A stretch of 48,453 nt of DNA, counting the filler, from Sphacelaria rigidula (lineage: Eukaryota), in assembly GCA_964200075.2 (NCBI GenBank). It is 3 parts of 3 records of this genome, joined end to end, with 100 filler letters (N's around TTAATTAATTAA, not from the genome) between each part and the next. Parts side by side here need not be neighbours in the genome. Positions count along the whole stretch, not along the records: positions 1 to 16,085 come from CAXNAA020001489.1; 2 more parts are not named here. The stretch is one strand, 5' to 3'. Each line of letters begins with the position of its first letter. Positions within the stretch are counted from its first letter, which is position 1. The notes beneath the pieces are model-generated. The model worked only from the letters and a program-made list of their open reading frames with translations. It had not been told where the DNA came from and ran no database searches. Below, piece after piece: positions 1-12,779 of the stretch. A program made the position numbers and the translations under genes.

Positions 1-1115
1 CCCTCTTCTGCTCCGCCCCAAACGGGACGCTTTCCCTCGCGTCCCATGGCCACGGGAAGGAACAATTTGTGATACCCCCCCCCCCCCCCTGCGGTGGTCG
101 TAGGATTTGTTTTTCTACACATTAAGAAGCACTCCATAAATAGCCATTTTGGGGCGACTTGGGTGAGGTAGTGCCCATGATTGTCGGCCCTATCTGCCAC
201 CACAAGATGCGACGCACATTGGGCGCAAATCGACGGTGCAGATAGTTGCATCTAGCTGGATTGGGCAAGCATTGCAGAGCATCGTGGTATTTGTCTGGTC
301 TTGCTCTTGTCGTGGAAGTGCGATGTATTGCCGGAACCCAGAAATATAACTTGGCCTTACTTGGCTCCGAAGGTATGCCAAAAATTAAAGCTTCATGAAC
401 ACGAAATTTTGTTTTCTATATACTATTTATTTTACTTTTATTATTTTTCAATTATGCATAAGATTTGGTACCCTCCCTCCCACGCGAAAGAATCAAGGAT
501 TCGGAAAAGGGGCATAGGGTGTCGGATTGTTTTTTTTCGGGCACTATCGGATGACATTCGAATCTCATTTAAAGCGGTGAGCGATTCGAAAATCATTAAT
601 CTGTAATGTGCAGCAGCAGACTCTCCGTAAGGAGAGGAAGATGCAAACAAGACAAGGCTGGCAACACGCGGAGATAAGAGCGCAAATGATTGAAGTCCGG
701 ACCCACAAGCACGCATGCACTTGAATTGCAATACATAGTGTACTTTGTATTTTGCGGTCGCGGATTACCTTTTGTGTGCTATTTTTTATCCCAGATGTAT
801 GTCGTGGTATGAAACGACAACCGTGGCATATATCCGCAATATCACTTCAAGGTGTAGTGACCACGAGTACTGTACTGTACTGTGAGTACCTGTACTGTTG
901 TCAGGTGCAGACCCCAGTCCTATTGCCACTCTGTTCGTAATCATGCAAGCATCTTTGTTACCAACGAACCATACTGAAAAATGGTATAAACATAGCCGAT
1001 GACGGCAAACTTCAAATAAACTGGATAAACTAGAGTCCTTATCACTAGTTCCAGTTAAACTCCAGTTCCAGTTCAACTGCCAGTACAAACTGGTCGGGTT
1101 CACAGCCCTATAAAA

Positions 1116-1332
1116 AGAGTTTCGGAAAATGTGTTTATTTTTTTCTTTTCATTATTTCAGAGTGCAAATATCTCAGGATCAGAGTGTAACAAAAAAATAT
1201 TGCCCCCTGCGTCAAATGTGGTAGATGCCGGTGAACTTTTTTTATTGAGATGAGGTGTTTTTTGTTTATCCTGCACTCCGATTTTGAGATATTTACTCTC
1301 TCAAATGACTAAAAAAGGTTTTCGGAAACTCT
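1116..1332. mobile_element. Small MITE-like inverted-repeat element
   Basis: Ends AGAGTTTCGGAAAA / TTTTCGGAAACTCT are near reverse complements; internal segments CAAATATCTCAGGATCAGAGTGTA and TGCACTCCGATTTTGAGATATTTA are also inverted. Confidence 0.5.
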
Positions 1333-1496
1333 CCAATATATATACATGATCAATAGTTGCAGTAGACAAGAAATGTACTGCGTCAACTATACGCTTGTTG
1401 CAACCATTGACCATATATTTAGTTCAAGGTGTGCACTTTTTTCGATAGACCGATCATAGTCTCGAGTGTACTCTTGCGTCCACACCTTTGACGGGT

Positions 1497-1805
1497 GTTA
1501 TTTTATTTTTATCATTTATTTTACTTGTCGCACTTTGAACCCCCCTCCTTCCTCGGGACGAGTCCGTGGTCTCAAGGGATCAGCCCATCTCTCCCCGGTA
1601 CGTCTTACATTTTGGTCTCGCAGATTGGGTCAGCACTCCCGCACCGCATCAACTCACTTCAAACAAACTCAGTCGATTACTTTGTTTACTCACGCTCTCA
1701 CGCTTTCCGCGGTGGAAATCAGACACCACGAAGAAAAAATCCAACGCATCGGGAATCGAACCCTCGTTCTCTCCACCCTAATGGCGACAGTAGGACCATC
1801 ACATC
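1497..1805 (-). mobile_element. tRNA-derived SINE, family 2
   Basis: Minus-strand Pol III B box GGGTTCGATTCCC at 1751-1763, degenerate A box near 1795, A-rich tail at ~1497-1525. The 3' body recurs at 7946-8065 and 23340-23421. Confidence 0.65.
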
Positions 1806-3160
1806 ACATTACATTACATTGTTATTGTTGGGTACAGTATTCCCCACATTTGGCTATCGTGAAAAAATCGTACTCTGAGCACCCCAAAACACCGGTAGAG
1901 TAGTGCTACATTACCAAACTTTACCCAATACTCGGGTAGAGTTTGGAGATCGGGCCATCGCGACACAAATTTTGGGAGAGTAACTACCTGGGTATTTACC
2001 GCACCAAACTTTCCTCCGGTTTTGACTCTTACCATCGACGTCGATAGTCATCCCGTTTTTGAAGTCCGCGGTGGTCTCCATGCACATCGCGCGGGCCGCC
2101 GAGGACCTTCGCGGCGGGGCACGTGTCGTCCATCGTGCCCCTCCTTGCGATCGTACGAAAGATCCCTTCACGCGCGAATTAATTTTTTTGTCCGTGTTCC
2201 ACCCGATTTTTGGACCATACCGAGGAGGGCGAGACGCGACGGGCGAGAAAAGGAAGGAGGAAGGACGGCGGAGCGGCAGGAGCAAGACATGAGGTGCCAG
2301 AAAAAAACTATGCTCAAGCGAGGTCTATAGAGACAGCCAGAATAATGCGCGGAATGAAATAGATTCGACCATGGCACGGTACGGGTGGTGTCAGTAACGC
2401 CTGACCATCCTTCACTGGTGCGGTGTGCAGCAGAGTAAGCGGTGACACGTGCTGTTTTTTCGGCGATCTACCATGCAGTCACCAAAGAGATATGTAGAGA
2501 AGGTTCAACACTCTCTACAGGTGTGCATGTAGTGCGTGCATGCGTGGGGTATTTCCGCCACGAGTCGTCGCCCCCCCGGCAGGAATACAAGATCACGAAA
2601 CCTCATCGATTGTTGCTTTGTCATACGGCGGGTACATACCTTACACCAAACCATGCCCGGCTCCATCTCATTGTGATCCTGCCTGATGTTGCACTCCTCG
2701 CGTACCCCCGCAGCTTTCACTACTTATTTTGATTCAAGGAAGGAGGAAACCTCACCCAGCACTTACCCTGCGAGCGAGTTCACATGACGGATTACCCGAA
2801 GGCTCGGCTACATCGCCTCACGACAGCCATGTGGGGTAGGCCGCCTCGAGCTTTCGATAAGCTTCGCGTGTCAGGGTTGAACCCATTAACCCCACCCCCC
2901 CCCCCCCCCCCCCCCCCCCCACCCCCACCCCACCCCCACCCGCCGCCCCCACACTCTACACACCCACACNNNNNNNNNNCACCCCCGCACCGCCGCGGGG
3001 GGGGGGCGGCCCCCGCCTTCTTTTTCGTTTCCCTGCGGCGGCGTTTCCCCACTACCCCCCCCCCCCCCCCCCCCCCCCCCAAGTATATCTCCTCTTCTCT
3101 ACATTGCGCAGTCTCTCCTGAAAGCTAGGGCACATCTTGCTCAAAAAAACGAAAACAAAA

Positions 3161-5150
3161 TCACTCTCGACACATCGCATCGGTCAGTCCTTCTGAATTG
3201 CCTCTCGACAATGACTTGGTGTACAGTACTTGCTCTGTAGAAGAGAACCACGGAACGAGCAGAAGACGATAAAATGATCGCACCTGTCCAAGACTCGCCG
3301 TTGGTACGACGAAGGCCTCAGAGCCCAAGAGCCCAAGAGCTGGCCGAGCCCAACAAGCACGTAACAAGGGACATGAAAGAATAACAGACAAAAATGACAC
3401 AGGGTTTGCGAGAGAAAGTGTTATTCCTTTTCGATAATATGGAGGCATTCCAAGCGACACATCGTTCAAACTTATCCGTTCCAATCGCGAACCAGTCATG
3501 TCCCGCAGTGAAAATTGTACTGGCCTAAAAGACTAAGAGCACAAGTCATTGCGGCAAGAGGGGTGATCACAACCTTGACCGGACAGCTGGCCAAACAGGC
3601 GTTAATCCAGCATGGCGAGAGCAGCACTCCGAAGAATGAAAGTCAATGCGCGTATCGCACACGGTTGTAAGTAAAACAGTGGTTCTGGAGACAAGTACAG
3701 GACGAACTTCGTACCGCGTTCTTGTACATGCGACCCCCGCCCTGCCTGTGCAGAACCATTATAATGCTGAGCTGACTGTTCGCTCATTGTGTGTGAAGAC
3801 TGCGCACCATCTACAGCAGCATTGACGCCTTGAACAAGGGCCGTGTCGGGGTCATTTGTCACATTGGCTTTCTAGCGTCACGACTCCCCCGTGAATTGCA
3901 CGCAGATGAGCACGGGACCTCCGTCAAGAGTGCGTTCGTCCTAGGTGGCGCACGTAGGACTATAGGGTCGCCTCGTTCGTTTGAATGTCTGTACAATCGG
4001 GCGAAGCTCTACAAGTGAATGGCCGTCTGTACATGGGAAGTAACTGACTCTTTGGCACACACGCAGACTTGTACTTTTGCACATGAAAAAAAGTTACGTG
4101 CTGAGATCGTCGAATACTCCGCAAGACCTCGGCGAAGCGGAAGTGGTTCGATCACCGAAAATTCAACGTTCAGACCGTTACCCACCGTGTTCCAAGTTGG
4201 TATATGGAAAACAGTAAAAGATTATTACCCAGCCCGGGTCTGCCCGACTGCCAGAGTACGTTGTGGGACTGTTTGTAGGGGACGTTGCCTTCTTCGCCAA
4301 GTGCGCCGGCAAGGGTCGTTGCCAAAGCGCACTGTGCGCGTGACAGGAGGTTAACCTACACCTGTCAAGCGAGTTGGAGCGGGAACGTTCAGCTCCAAAC
4401 CCTTTTACGTATAAGGGAGCCTAAACGATACTTCTAAGCTATATTTCGTTGACCATTCACCCGTAACCGGGCGAAGAAGCATGATGAGGCTGCTAGGATT
4501 CGGTGCTGCCTGCGCGCTCGATTGATACGGGATCCCCTATACTTTCATTTCACAGACGGTGTTGAATAAAACAAAATTCGTCGCGCCGGTGGTATCCATC
4601 GTTGCAGTGCCACGAGGCGCCCTCAGCTGCTTGCGCTGCTGAACCTGTGATTGTGACACATTGATTTGGAACCAGTGAACATACGGCCCAAGCTTCGTCC
4701 TCATCATAAACGAGGTGCGTCTGGTTTTGTCTCATCTTCCAAAATATCGCCTCCATATCATCGAAAAGGAGGAACACTGCATTATGCTCTCTCTTGTTGT
4801 AGGCTTACGATGGGGCACTTTTCCAACCCTGCAGTATGCAGCAATTACATCCCATGCTGTCGACAACCACAAAAAAGAGCTGAAATACTGTAACCCTAGG
4901 TGAACCCTTTGCTGTTAATCATTCGACCGCGAGGGTAGATCACTCAGACTGATTCTACATATGACCTTAGCTCGCGGTTGAATGGTTTATGAGGTCTCTC
5001 TGGGATGCTGGCATACTGTGACGGGCTTTTGCTTGTTGGTGGCGTGAGGCTCGTGTTGGCTTGCGTGCACCAAGGTGAAAATTTCAAGAGACCTACCACC
5101 AGAAAAACACTCTTCGCCTCACAAACATCCAACGAAACCGAGAACGATCA
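3161..5150 (-). mobile_element. Possible highly decayed DIRS/Ngaro-like (tyrosine recombinase) retrotransposon remnant
   Basis: Weak motifs in the expected order on minus: RT-like IFWKM...DEAWAVCSLV (~4670-4750), RNase H-like DTALVQGVNAAV (~3810-3850; cf. ILMRGDN-AAV), YR-like LSVILSCPLLRAC (~3355-3395). Recognised by eye only. Confidence 0.3.
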
Positions 5151-6669
5151 ACCCCCACGATACAATCGTGACGCCTCACCAACCGCAGCCGTAGACGTCA
5201 GCCGCGGTGCTTCACTCCCTAACGGGTGAGAGAGGTGAGTGGTTGATACTTGCCTTGTCAGACAGACAGTCCCACCACGACCTTCAATGACACCGGGTTC
5301 GGCGGAATGGGATCGTAGGGTTATGTGAGCACGATTAAAAGACCCAAGACAGGTTGCCGTATACAGTAGTCAGTCGCTGCGACGGTTGAGGGGTGGAATC
5401 ACGGACACAATCATTATTCTGAGACCGTTTCATACGCATCAATCCGGGTAACGGGGAACCTGATAGATATTTCGAGGGGCTGAGGCCGCCCCTCTTGCAA
5501 AAACATCCACAGAAAGATCACTGTCACGGTACAGAACTGTACAGGTAGTGCTTCACGGTCCGGCCCGGTACGGCACTATCAACATTCGCCCCTGCAGAGG
5601 GGTGGACATATCTGCACAGGCTGAGTGCGCCAATCAGCACACAGTAACAGTCACAACAACGGTACAGCAACTACGCATCACACGTACAACTCCGCAAACA
5701 GGAAGAAAACATGACCATTGGCCTACTGACTGCCGTGACTAGTCAGAACAGATCGGATAACAGACAATATTGAGAGCACAGCCGTCAGGACACCTGTCAT
5801 GTCCAACGCTTCGAGTGTGACCCTTGGGGTTGGTTGCACAACCGTACAATCAGGCTCGAGAGAGAGGGAGAGTGGTGCACCTCTACCCTAATTGCATCAC
5901 AACGGTGACAAGAAAACAGTTACAGACAAAACCACGGGAAATGTAACAGGGTTTCTATGCAAACACACGACATGGGGTGATCTCTCAGATGACTATAGTC
6001 TTCGACGCGAAGGCAACATGTGGATGCCCTAACGGTCGGAACAGGTACTGTAATACTGTACGGTAATCCTGAAGCGCTTTTGGAGGCGGGGTGTGTGAGG
6101 CAGCCTGTTCACTGGGACGGTAACGAATCTTCATCGCTGAAATCGAGACCACCCAAATATAAATGCATGCTGATTCAAGGGGTGTCAAGTTACTACAAGT
6201 AATTCGTATATGCAACTGTACCCTTCAAAGGGATGCTGCAGCGCAGCAAACGCGGGTGACAGCACCGCACCGACCAAGAGCACAGAAGACACGCGTCATT
6301 GCCGCATGCTGCAGGTGTCATGAGCAAAACATGCGCGCCGCTGTTGCACAGAGCTATGGCCTCAATTCGACAACGATTTTCAAGAGATCGCTACAGGAGT
6401 GTTGGATGCAATGAAGTATCATCGTTTTCTCACCCAGTAGAGCTGTGGCCGAGAAAATAGCGCTTCCCATCATCATCGCGAGAGGAGCTCCTGGAGACCA
6501 ATATCCGCTCCGCTCCGTACAGGCACACAAATGGAATATGACTCCCATGCCACGCAATGGCAATGTTCAGCTGTCATGTTTTAGAGCAAGCCACCTCAGA
6601 CCGGACGGCCAACGTGTTTGATACTGTACCGGGTGCTGTGTGCCAAACGGTCAGTAGCGTCGGGGAGCG

Positions 6670-6875
6670 ATGAAAACAGGAGCATCATGTTTGATGGCGG
6701 TAGCCTTCGCCTTGGCAGCAGCGTCGATGTCCCAAAGTGAGGTGCAAGCTTTCGTCATCGTGCCCCCCCCCTCGTCACATCTCGCTTCGTCGTCATCAAC
6801 GTGCGCCTCGTCATGGTCGTCGGGTCATGATCATAGGCGACGGGAGACTGCTACGATGATGGCAAAGGGCTCCGG
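6670..6875 (+). CDS. Exon 1 of nuclear-encoded plastid-targeted protein (HHL1-like); signal peptide plus transit peptide
   Basis: MKTGASCLMAVAFALAAASMSQSEVQA|FVIVPP: hydrophobic signal peptide, ASAFAP-type cleavage site with Phe at +1, Ser-rich transit peptide, then MMAKGSG. Donor GG|GTAAG at 6876 (phase 2). Confidence 0.85.
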
Positions 6876-7229
6876 GTAAGAACACACAAATGAGGGAAGG
6901 GAAAAGGAACGCGTGAATTTAGTGGATGCCTTATGACGGCCCTCGTCGTTTCTGTCGGCCTTCAGCCTGTAGGTTGTTCAACAGCACTCAAGTCATGGTT
7001 GCCGTAGTAGGCATCCTGTTGGCATCAGTTTGGATACTGTAAATCAAGTTGGATACGAACTTGGAAATCCGGTGTGGGGCCCATACACGGAAATTCCCGT
7101 AAGACACGACAGTGCTCTCCTTGTGCGCGGTATCTTGTGAAGAAATGGTATCTCGCGTGTATTGACTCTTGAAAGAACTCGCACACTTTTACCCCCCTTT
7201 GTGATTCGATTCCTGTCCGTGTATCACAG

Positions 7230-7284
7230 GCCGCAAAAGAAGAAGCGAAAACCCAAAAAACCCAAAGTCAAGCCACCGGTACAG
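7230..7284 (+). CDS. Exon 2 of plastid-targeted HHL1-like gene (G-PQKKKRKPKKPKVKPPVQ)
   Basis: Acceptor CACAG at 7225-7229 after a pyrimidine-rich tract, donor CAG|GTGAGC at 7285. Phase 2 joins exon 1 in frame. Confidence 0.8.
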
Positions 7285-7945
7285 GTGAGCGATGAACATT
7301 CCGCATCAGTTAGTTCACTGTACTGTACTCTACCATCATACGTCATGACGAAAATGAGGCATGTTGGGAGTGCGTACAACTGTAACTAAGTGTAACATGT
7401 ACACGACATGATAGGCCGTGCGTTTTGCTGTGCTCTACTTCGCCGGGTGTACCGAGTACTGCAGAAGAGTGGAGTCCTATAGATCTCTAACATGGTGTTG
7501 GAAAACTGCTGCTTTACAAGATGTAGACCTTCGTCACCGTTGATGTACCACCGTTGTTTTGCTGCTGTGTTGTGATATTTCTTTTGATGCAAAGACACCT
7601 CTCCAAAACTGGTGACAATCGGTACTATACAACGATAATCCATGGGGATACGTTTTTAGGAAATGGATAATTCAACGAATCAGAGGCCCTTCAGTAGGGA
7701 ATCGGCGGGATCTAGCGCCAATGAAATGCGACTTTTGCCGTGAACTACGTAGTGAAGAATGCTTGTGATTGACTCGCAGACTTGGATCATATCTGGAGTG
7801 TACGTACTGTATACAGCACATGAGCAAACAAGAAGCCAGCAGCCAGCAGGGACGAAGCAGCAAGCAACCAAGCAGATAGCAAATGGTACATTTTCGCCGC
7901 AGAGGGTCAGCGCGATGCATGTGTATATCGGTATATCCCCATCTT

Positions 7946-8065
7946 GGTGCTGACCCAATCCGCGAGACCAAAATGTATGGCGTGTACCGGGGAGGAGTGT
8001 GTTGATCCCTTGAGACCACGGATTCATCCAGAGAAAGGGGAGCGGTCCAAGTGCGACAAAAAAAG
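7946..8065 (+). mobile_element. SINE family 2, 3' fragment
   Basis: GGTGCTGACCCAATCCGCGAGACCAAAATGTA...GATCCCTTGAGACCACGGA...AAGTGCGACAAAAAAA matches the reverse complement of 1524-1637. Confidence 0.7.
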
Positions 8066-8639
8066 TATGGCTGGTTACGTATTTCCGTGGCCGCGAGCCC
8101 TGGTGCCTGCCAGCAGCAGCGGATGCCATGTTGCTGGGTGCAAACAGTACCCTGGCGGTGCAGTATACCCGCCCTGTGCTGTGGTTGCTCCTTCCAGCGG
8201 AGCACGGGGTCTGACCTCCCGGGTCGAGCGGTGTATTCTGGCGTTGGTTGTGTGTCTTTACCCATCGATGATTGGTACCGCGCAAATGATGGATCTGGGC
8301 AGCGCCCTGTTTTTTTCACGGAGTACGAAGCTGCCAACACCCCATGAAGTTTTCAAGTTTTCATCAGATGGTCTGTGAACAGCACTGCTTGCTGATTGAC
8401 ATTACTCTCTACAGAGAAGAACACAACGACAATACAGCAGCACAGGGCATCCCATCGGAGACCAAACCGTCTTCGCAAGGTCTGAGGATGTCACAGAACA
8501 TGAAAGAGGGCGTGAGAGCGTTTGTGCCGCAGCACAGTGAAGCAGGACATCTCCCATCTTCCAGTTCTTCGCCTGATTTCAAACGGATGCTCAACTTTGG
8601 CCGCCTCGCGCAAATAGTTTGATTCACAAAAAGTTATAC

Positions 8640-8641
<2 letters not shown>

Positions 8642-8673
<32 letters not shown>
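8642..8673. repeat. (AT)n microsatellite
   Basis: Uninterrupted AT dinucleotide run. Confidence 0.95.
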
Positions 8674-8677
<4 letters not shown>

Positions 8678-8739
8678 CTCCCGATCTCGAAAATCGATCC
8701 GATATATCTCGTACTGTTATCGAATCACCTGCTATATCA

Positions 8740-11700
8740 TGTACCCAACCGTTACACACCAATGGATGAAGAATTCATGAGCCCCTCCTCAACTTGAACA
8801 CAGTGGAAGTCAAACCAGATACGACGAAGCTGAATTCTTGAATACCTTACTTGGACGTCAATGTGCTCATAGGAGTATTTAGGCTGCGCAGTAATCTGAT
8901 CATAACGGCGAGGGCTTCGCGGCTGCCCCCACAAAGTATATTTCCAGCTGAACCAGGGAATTTTTTTTTCTCGTGGGGAATGGTTTTCAATAGTTTATTC
9001 GAGTGAACATTTGGTCTCAAAGTTTGGAGGTCGGAAGATACTAGGCATTCGCTCGACATACACCGAAACAAAAATCATCTTTGCAGTCAACAGTAAACGA
9101 CTTGGGGGCTGACCCGTCCTGCGACCACCCAGACCCAGGTTATGACCGTTGGATATCTTTGCTTTCTTGAAGCAAGCCCGATCGTTCTCCTGAACTATTA
9201 TCGGCCTTTTTCTTGAATATTTGCCATTTTATTGCGCTGGAGCCGGCAGACTTTTTCTTTTTCTTCACCAGTGACAGTCGATATCACCCCCTGATGAACG
9301 AGGTCCCTACTCCGTATCACCCCGACAACACCAACGAGAGGTTGATGTCCTGAGCATCACTTGCTTCTTTTCCCAATACCTATCGACGCCAGGACTTTCG
9401 AATGTTCGAGGAAGAATACTGAACGGGAAAATTCAGAAAACTCTCAACTTCGTATAGCACAGGGGGGGTTGAATCATTCCCCACCGCTCTCGTGAATATT
9501 TTATAGACCCTTGTTTTTGCTTCCACCCATCAGTACGCTGGAGTCGAAAAGAAGCGTGTGTTTGGACCAAAAACGAGCAATAATACCCCCGGTCGAAAAC
9601 GATCAACAACACCCCCTGTCAAGAACGATCAATAACACCCCCGGTCAACCCAGCCCGCAAGACGTTCGACATTGGGTGCAAATATGATTTTTGTTTCCGA
9701 ATATGAAGCCAATGCTTGGTATCTCCCGATCCCCGAACTTCGGGATCAAACTTTCACTGGGCGACAAAAAAATGAGAGATCGCCTTTTACATTTTTTTCA
9801 CCAAAATCCCCCGATTCAGCTGGAAACAATTGTACATACATAGTCCATGATATCGCATCACTTCAGTGCAGTGTACGAATACGGATTCCTTGAAGACGTC
9901 ATCACCCCACCGAGAGCAGGAGTGTAAATCATCTAATGCTCAAGCGTTGATTATGATGCGATCATGTTTTCATTTCCAACGGTTTTCATACATGACGTCT
10001 TCCTCTTCCTATTTCATTTCCAACGGCTTTCGAGCCTCAGAAGAAGCCGCTCAAAGAGCGCTTTTATCTCACGTGATGATAGTGACGTCACTGGGAAGGC
10101 GAGCCTGCGTCTGTGACCGAGGGTTCGAGAGATTGGGAAAACAGTGATGATATGATGAAATCAATACGAGTTAGGCGAGTTGGCCCAATCGACACTTGTT
10201 TTCTTGTCGGTGTGGTCCTGAATTTGAGGAGTTTGGCGCCGAATTTTTGACTCGACATTGTAACCAACACGCGCAACATCTCCGGGGATGCCTAGAAGAA
10301 GAAAAAATTCGAACAGTTCAAAGTTCTGGCAAGAACTGGAAAATGTCCATATCACGAAATTGGACTTGCGCGCAGGAAATCCTGATGAACTGTCGGCCAA
10401 AAACTCCGCAAGATTGGGCCCAATGTGGACCTTGTCACACGTCTGACAGCTCATGAGGTATTTTGAAAATTTACGGGTAATTCAAAGAGGACCTCAGATC
10501 CGTCGTCCAAAACCACAAAATTTGTAACAACGGAGCCCGAGAAGCCACAGCGCCACCTTTGCCCTACTCCATATCTCGGCGCGCCGGATTGAGGGCGACG
10601 ATACGATCCTGACGCGATTGCTAAGTCCGCCAATAGTGCGCGTATGCCCAATCAAGGAATATCGGGTTTGAGTATACCAAATACGTTCGTGAACGGTTCC
10701 TCACAGCTGCGCATGGAGTGTATGGGTATGTGGCCGTCCTCGAAATACCCCTTCTGTTCATTAAACCACATACCATAGTTGAGGCAATGGTCCTCACAAC
10801 GTCCAATCACGTCAGTCCGAATATTAGGGTCTACCTCCCGGGGCCCGACGTGGTGGATCCTTGTTGTTCATGAGCGTGCTGGCTTGAGAAATTTCCGGGA
10901 AAATTTAAGCTGCGAAATACCAGCTTGGAAAGCGATTAGCAAACGGCTCTGGGGTTTGTACAGGGGCTGCCAGCATGATCTTCCTGGATGTGGTCGTGGA
11001 CTGTGGAATCCACGGGGTTTGACTCGATTTGGGGCGAATCGGCTGCGCTCGTGTCGCAGGCGGTGCGGCAATCGTGAGGGGCGAAAGGGTGGCTGAAGCA
11101 CTGGATTGGCCGCGTTTCGCCGAAGGGCCATCCGGTCTTGCATCAGTCGCGACTATCGCCGGGGTTCGGTCCGACCGCAGTCCGTCTAATTTACTCCACA
11201 TACGGTCTGGATCGGGAAACGGAACCGACGCTGTAGCCGTGTCGCCCACTGAAATCACTTGACATGAAGATGGGGTACGGGCGTCCCATACTGGAACGGA
11301 AGGAGGCTCATTACTATCTCTTGCGTCGGTCCGAGCCCACGCCCGCCGTCAACCGTGACCGAAATCAAAGTACGGAATCCCTTCAAGTACTTGTGTGTTC
11401 CCCGGTACCTTGAACGTCAGTAGGCATTCGATCGGTTAACCTTCGTAGCTTGTGTAGAGAGAGGAACTGATGAATCGGGGAAGAAGCGTCAAAGAGTCGT
11501 TCCCGTTACATCTGAGCGTGAGAGCACGTGCGACTTGTTCGAAATGGTTGTCAAACATGCTAGACGGTTTGGCACCATTCCGGGAGGTGAAACCGATAGC
11601 ATCCTCCGAAGCTCGGTGCAAGAGACGAAGTCATCGACCCATGTACTGGATTCGAGGTCGCGACGTCGGGTATACATATACAGTAGCTTGACTGCTTCAG

Positions 11701-11750
11701 GCACAGGTCACGTTTTGCCCTGCTTGTGCTGGGTGATTGAGAAGAGTGAT
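8740..11750 (-). mobile_element. Degenerate Ty1/Copia LTR retrotransposon (pol remnants) inside host intron
   Basis: Copia domain order PR-INT-RT-RH on minus: ESSTWVDD (~11625-11655; cf. W..DSG), RRGISRTATYPYTP (~10712-10755; cf. RGI....PYTP), KGL*NIHESGGE*FN (9468-9512; cf. KSLYGLKQSGREWFN), EHIDV (~8854-8868; cf. KHIDV). Many stops; LTRs not identified. Confidence 0.6.
9579..9648. repeat. Short tandem repeat, ~26-bp unit, about 3 copies
   Basis: AATAATACCCCCGGTCGAAAACGATC / AACAACACCCCCTGTCAAGAACGATC / AATAACACCCCCGGTCAA. Confidence 0.75.
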
Positions 11751-12363
11751 ACCCATTCCGGCTTTCTCCTTCAACCAGAGCGTATTGTGAAAGGGTTCCC
11801 AAAAATGATCATGTTTTTACTTGAATAAGGTATAGAGTTTCATGTCATTTGTATACTAATTTGAGTAGGGTCGAGAGAAATCAACGCAAGTAATGAAAAT
11901 GATGATGTTTTGAACAAGAAGTCATGATCATTTCGTATTTCTGTATTTATTGATTGTTGATCGAACGAGTTCGATTAGTTGATTATGTAAGAAAGTATCC
12001 TGTGACGATATTTTTTGCCTGCAGTGCAACCGAAAGGTCTTCTTCGACCTCACGCCCTCTTGCACCACAACAGCATAGCATCTGTACTGCTGCTGTGGCT
12101 CTTTTTATTGGGCACTTCTTCATGATATATTGTCCTCTGTGTCCACGCCTTGCGAATTTCATGGCCCGTGCATGCGGCTACAATACACCAACTGCATCCT
12201 GGAGGCATGTGTGTGTGTGTGACGGTGAATGGATTCGATAACGAAATATTAGCGCATAGAGGCAACTGGAGTTCTAATTTGCCGGAGTTTCTTCCGAAAT
12301 AATCACGACGATCATGAGATGGTTGATGGTTGATTTCATCAAGCAATCAACCGTAAGTGATTC

Positions 12364-12693
12364 GTGTGTGCTGTCATCCCATCTATTCTGCACTTCGGTC
12401 TACACCGTTGGGTATATGTGGGCACATCAGCCCGGGTCACACAGGAAGGCCAACACAGGTGTTTTATTTTTTTTGTTCCAAAACTCCACTTCCAACTCCG
12501 CGGTGCTTGCCTTATTTTTCCCGTGAGTGGGGTTCAGCGCTCCCTTTCCCTCATCGACCCCACAATATGGTCGCTCTCCACTGTTGGGCATGGCGCAAGA
12601 ACAATCCCAGAACATGTGACTTCACCGAGATTCGAATTCACGACCTAACCGGCTCAAGGATTCGAGGTTACCAACTGAGCCACCGGGGCGAAC
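12364..12693 (-). mobile_element. tRNA-derived SINE, family 1
   Basis: Minus-strand A box TGGCTCAGTTGG and B-box-like ATTCGAATC, conserved body, AGAATAGATGGGATGACAGCACACAC tail; homologous to copies at 25339-27025. Confidence 0.85.
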
Positions 12694-12779
12694 GGCCGTC
12701 AATCTCAAGGAACTGATCATATTTGAATCAACCCGGTTTGGATCAAATAATCAACACTCAAACCAGAACGATTCGCAAC

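Noticed and set aside
2784..3128. Poly-Pro / poly-Gly ORFs
   Set aside because: They arise from poly-C runs around an N gap; low-quality sequence, not credible coding.
8415..8540. Candidate extra exon after CTCTCTACAG
   Set aside because: The phase-0 translation (RRTQRQYSSTGH...) has no recognisable similarity and ends in a stop; exon 15417-15485 fits better.
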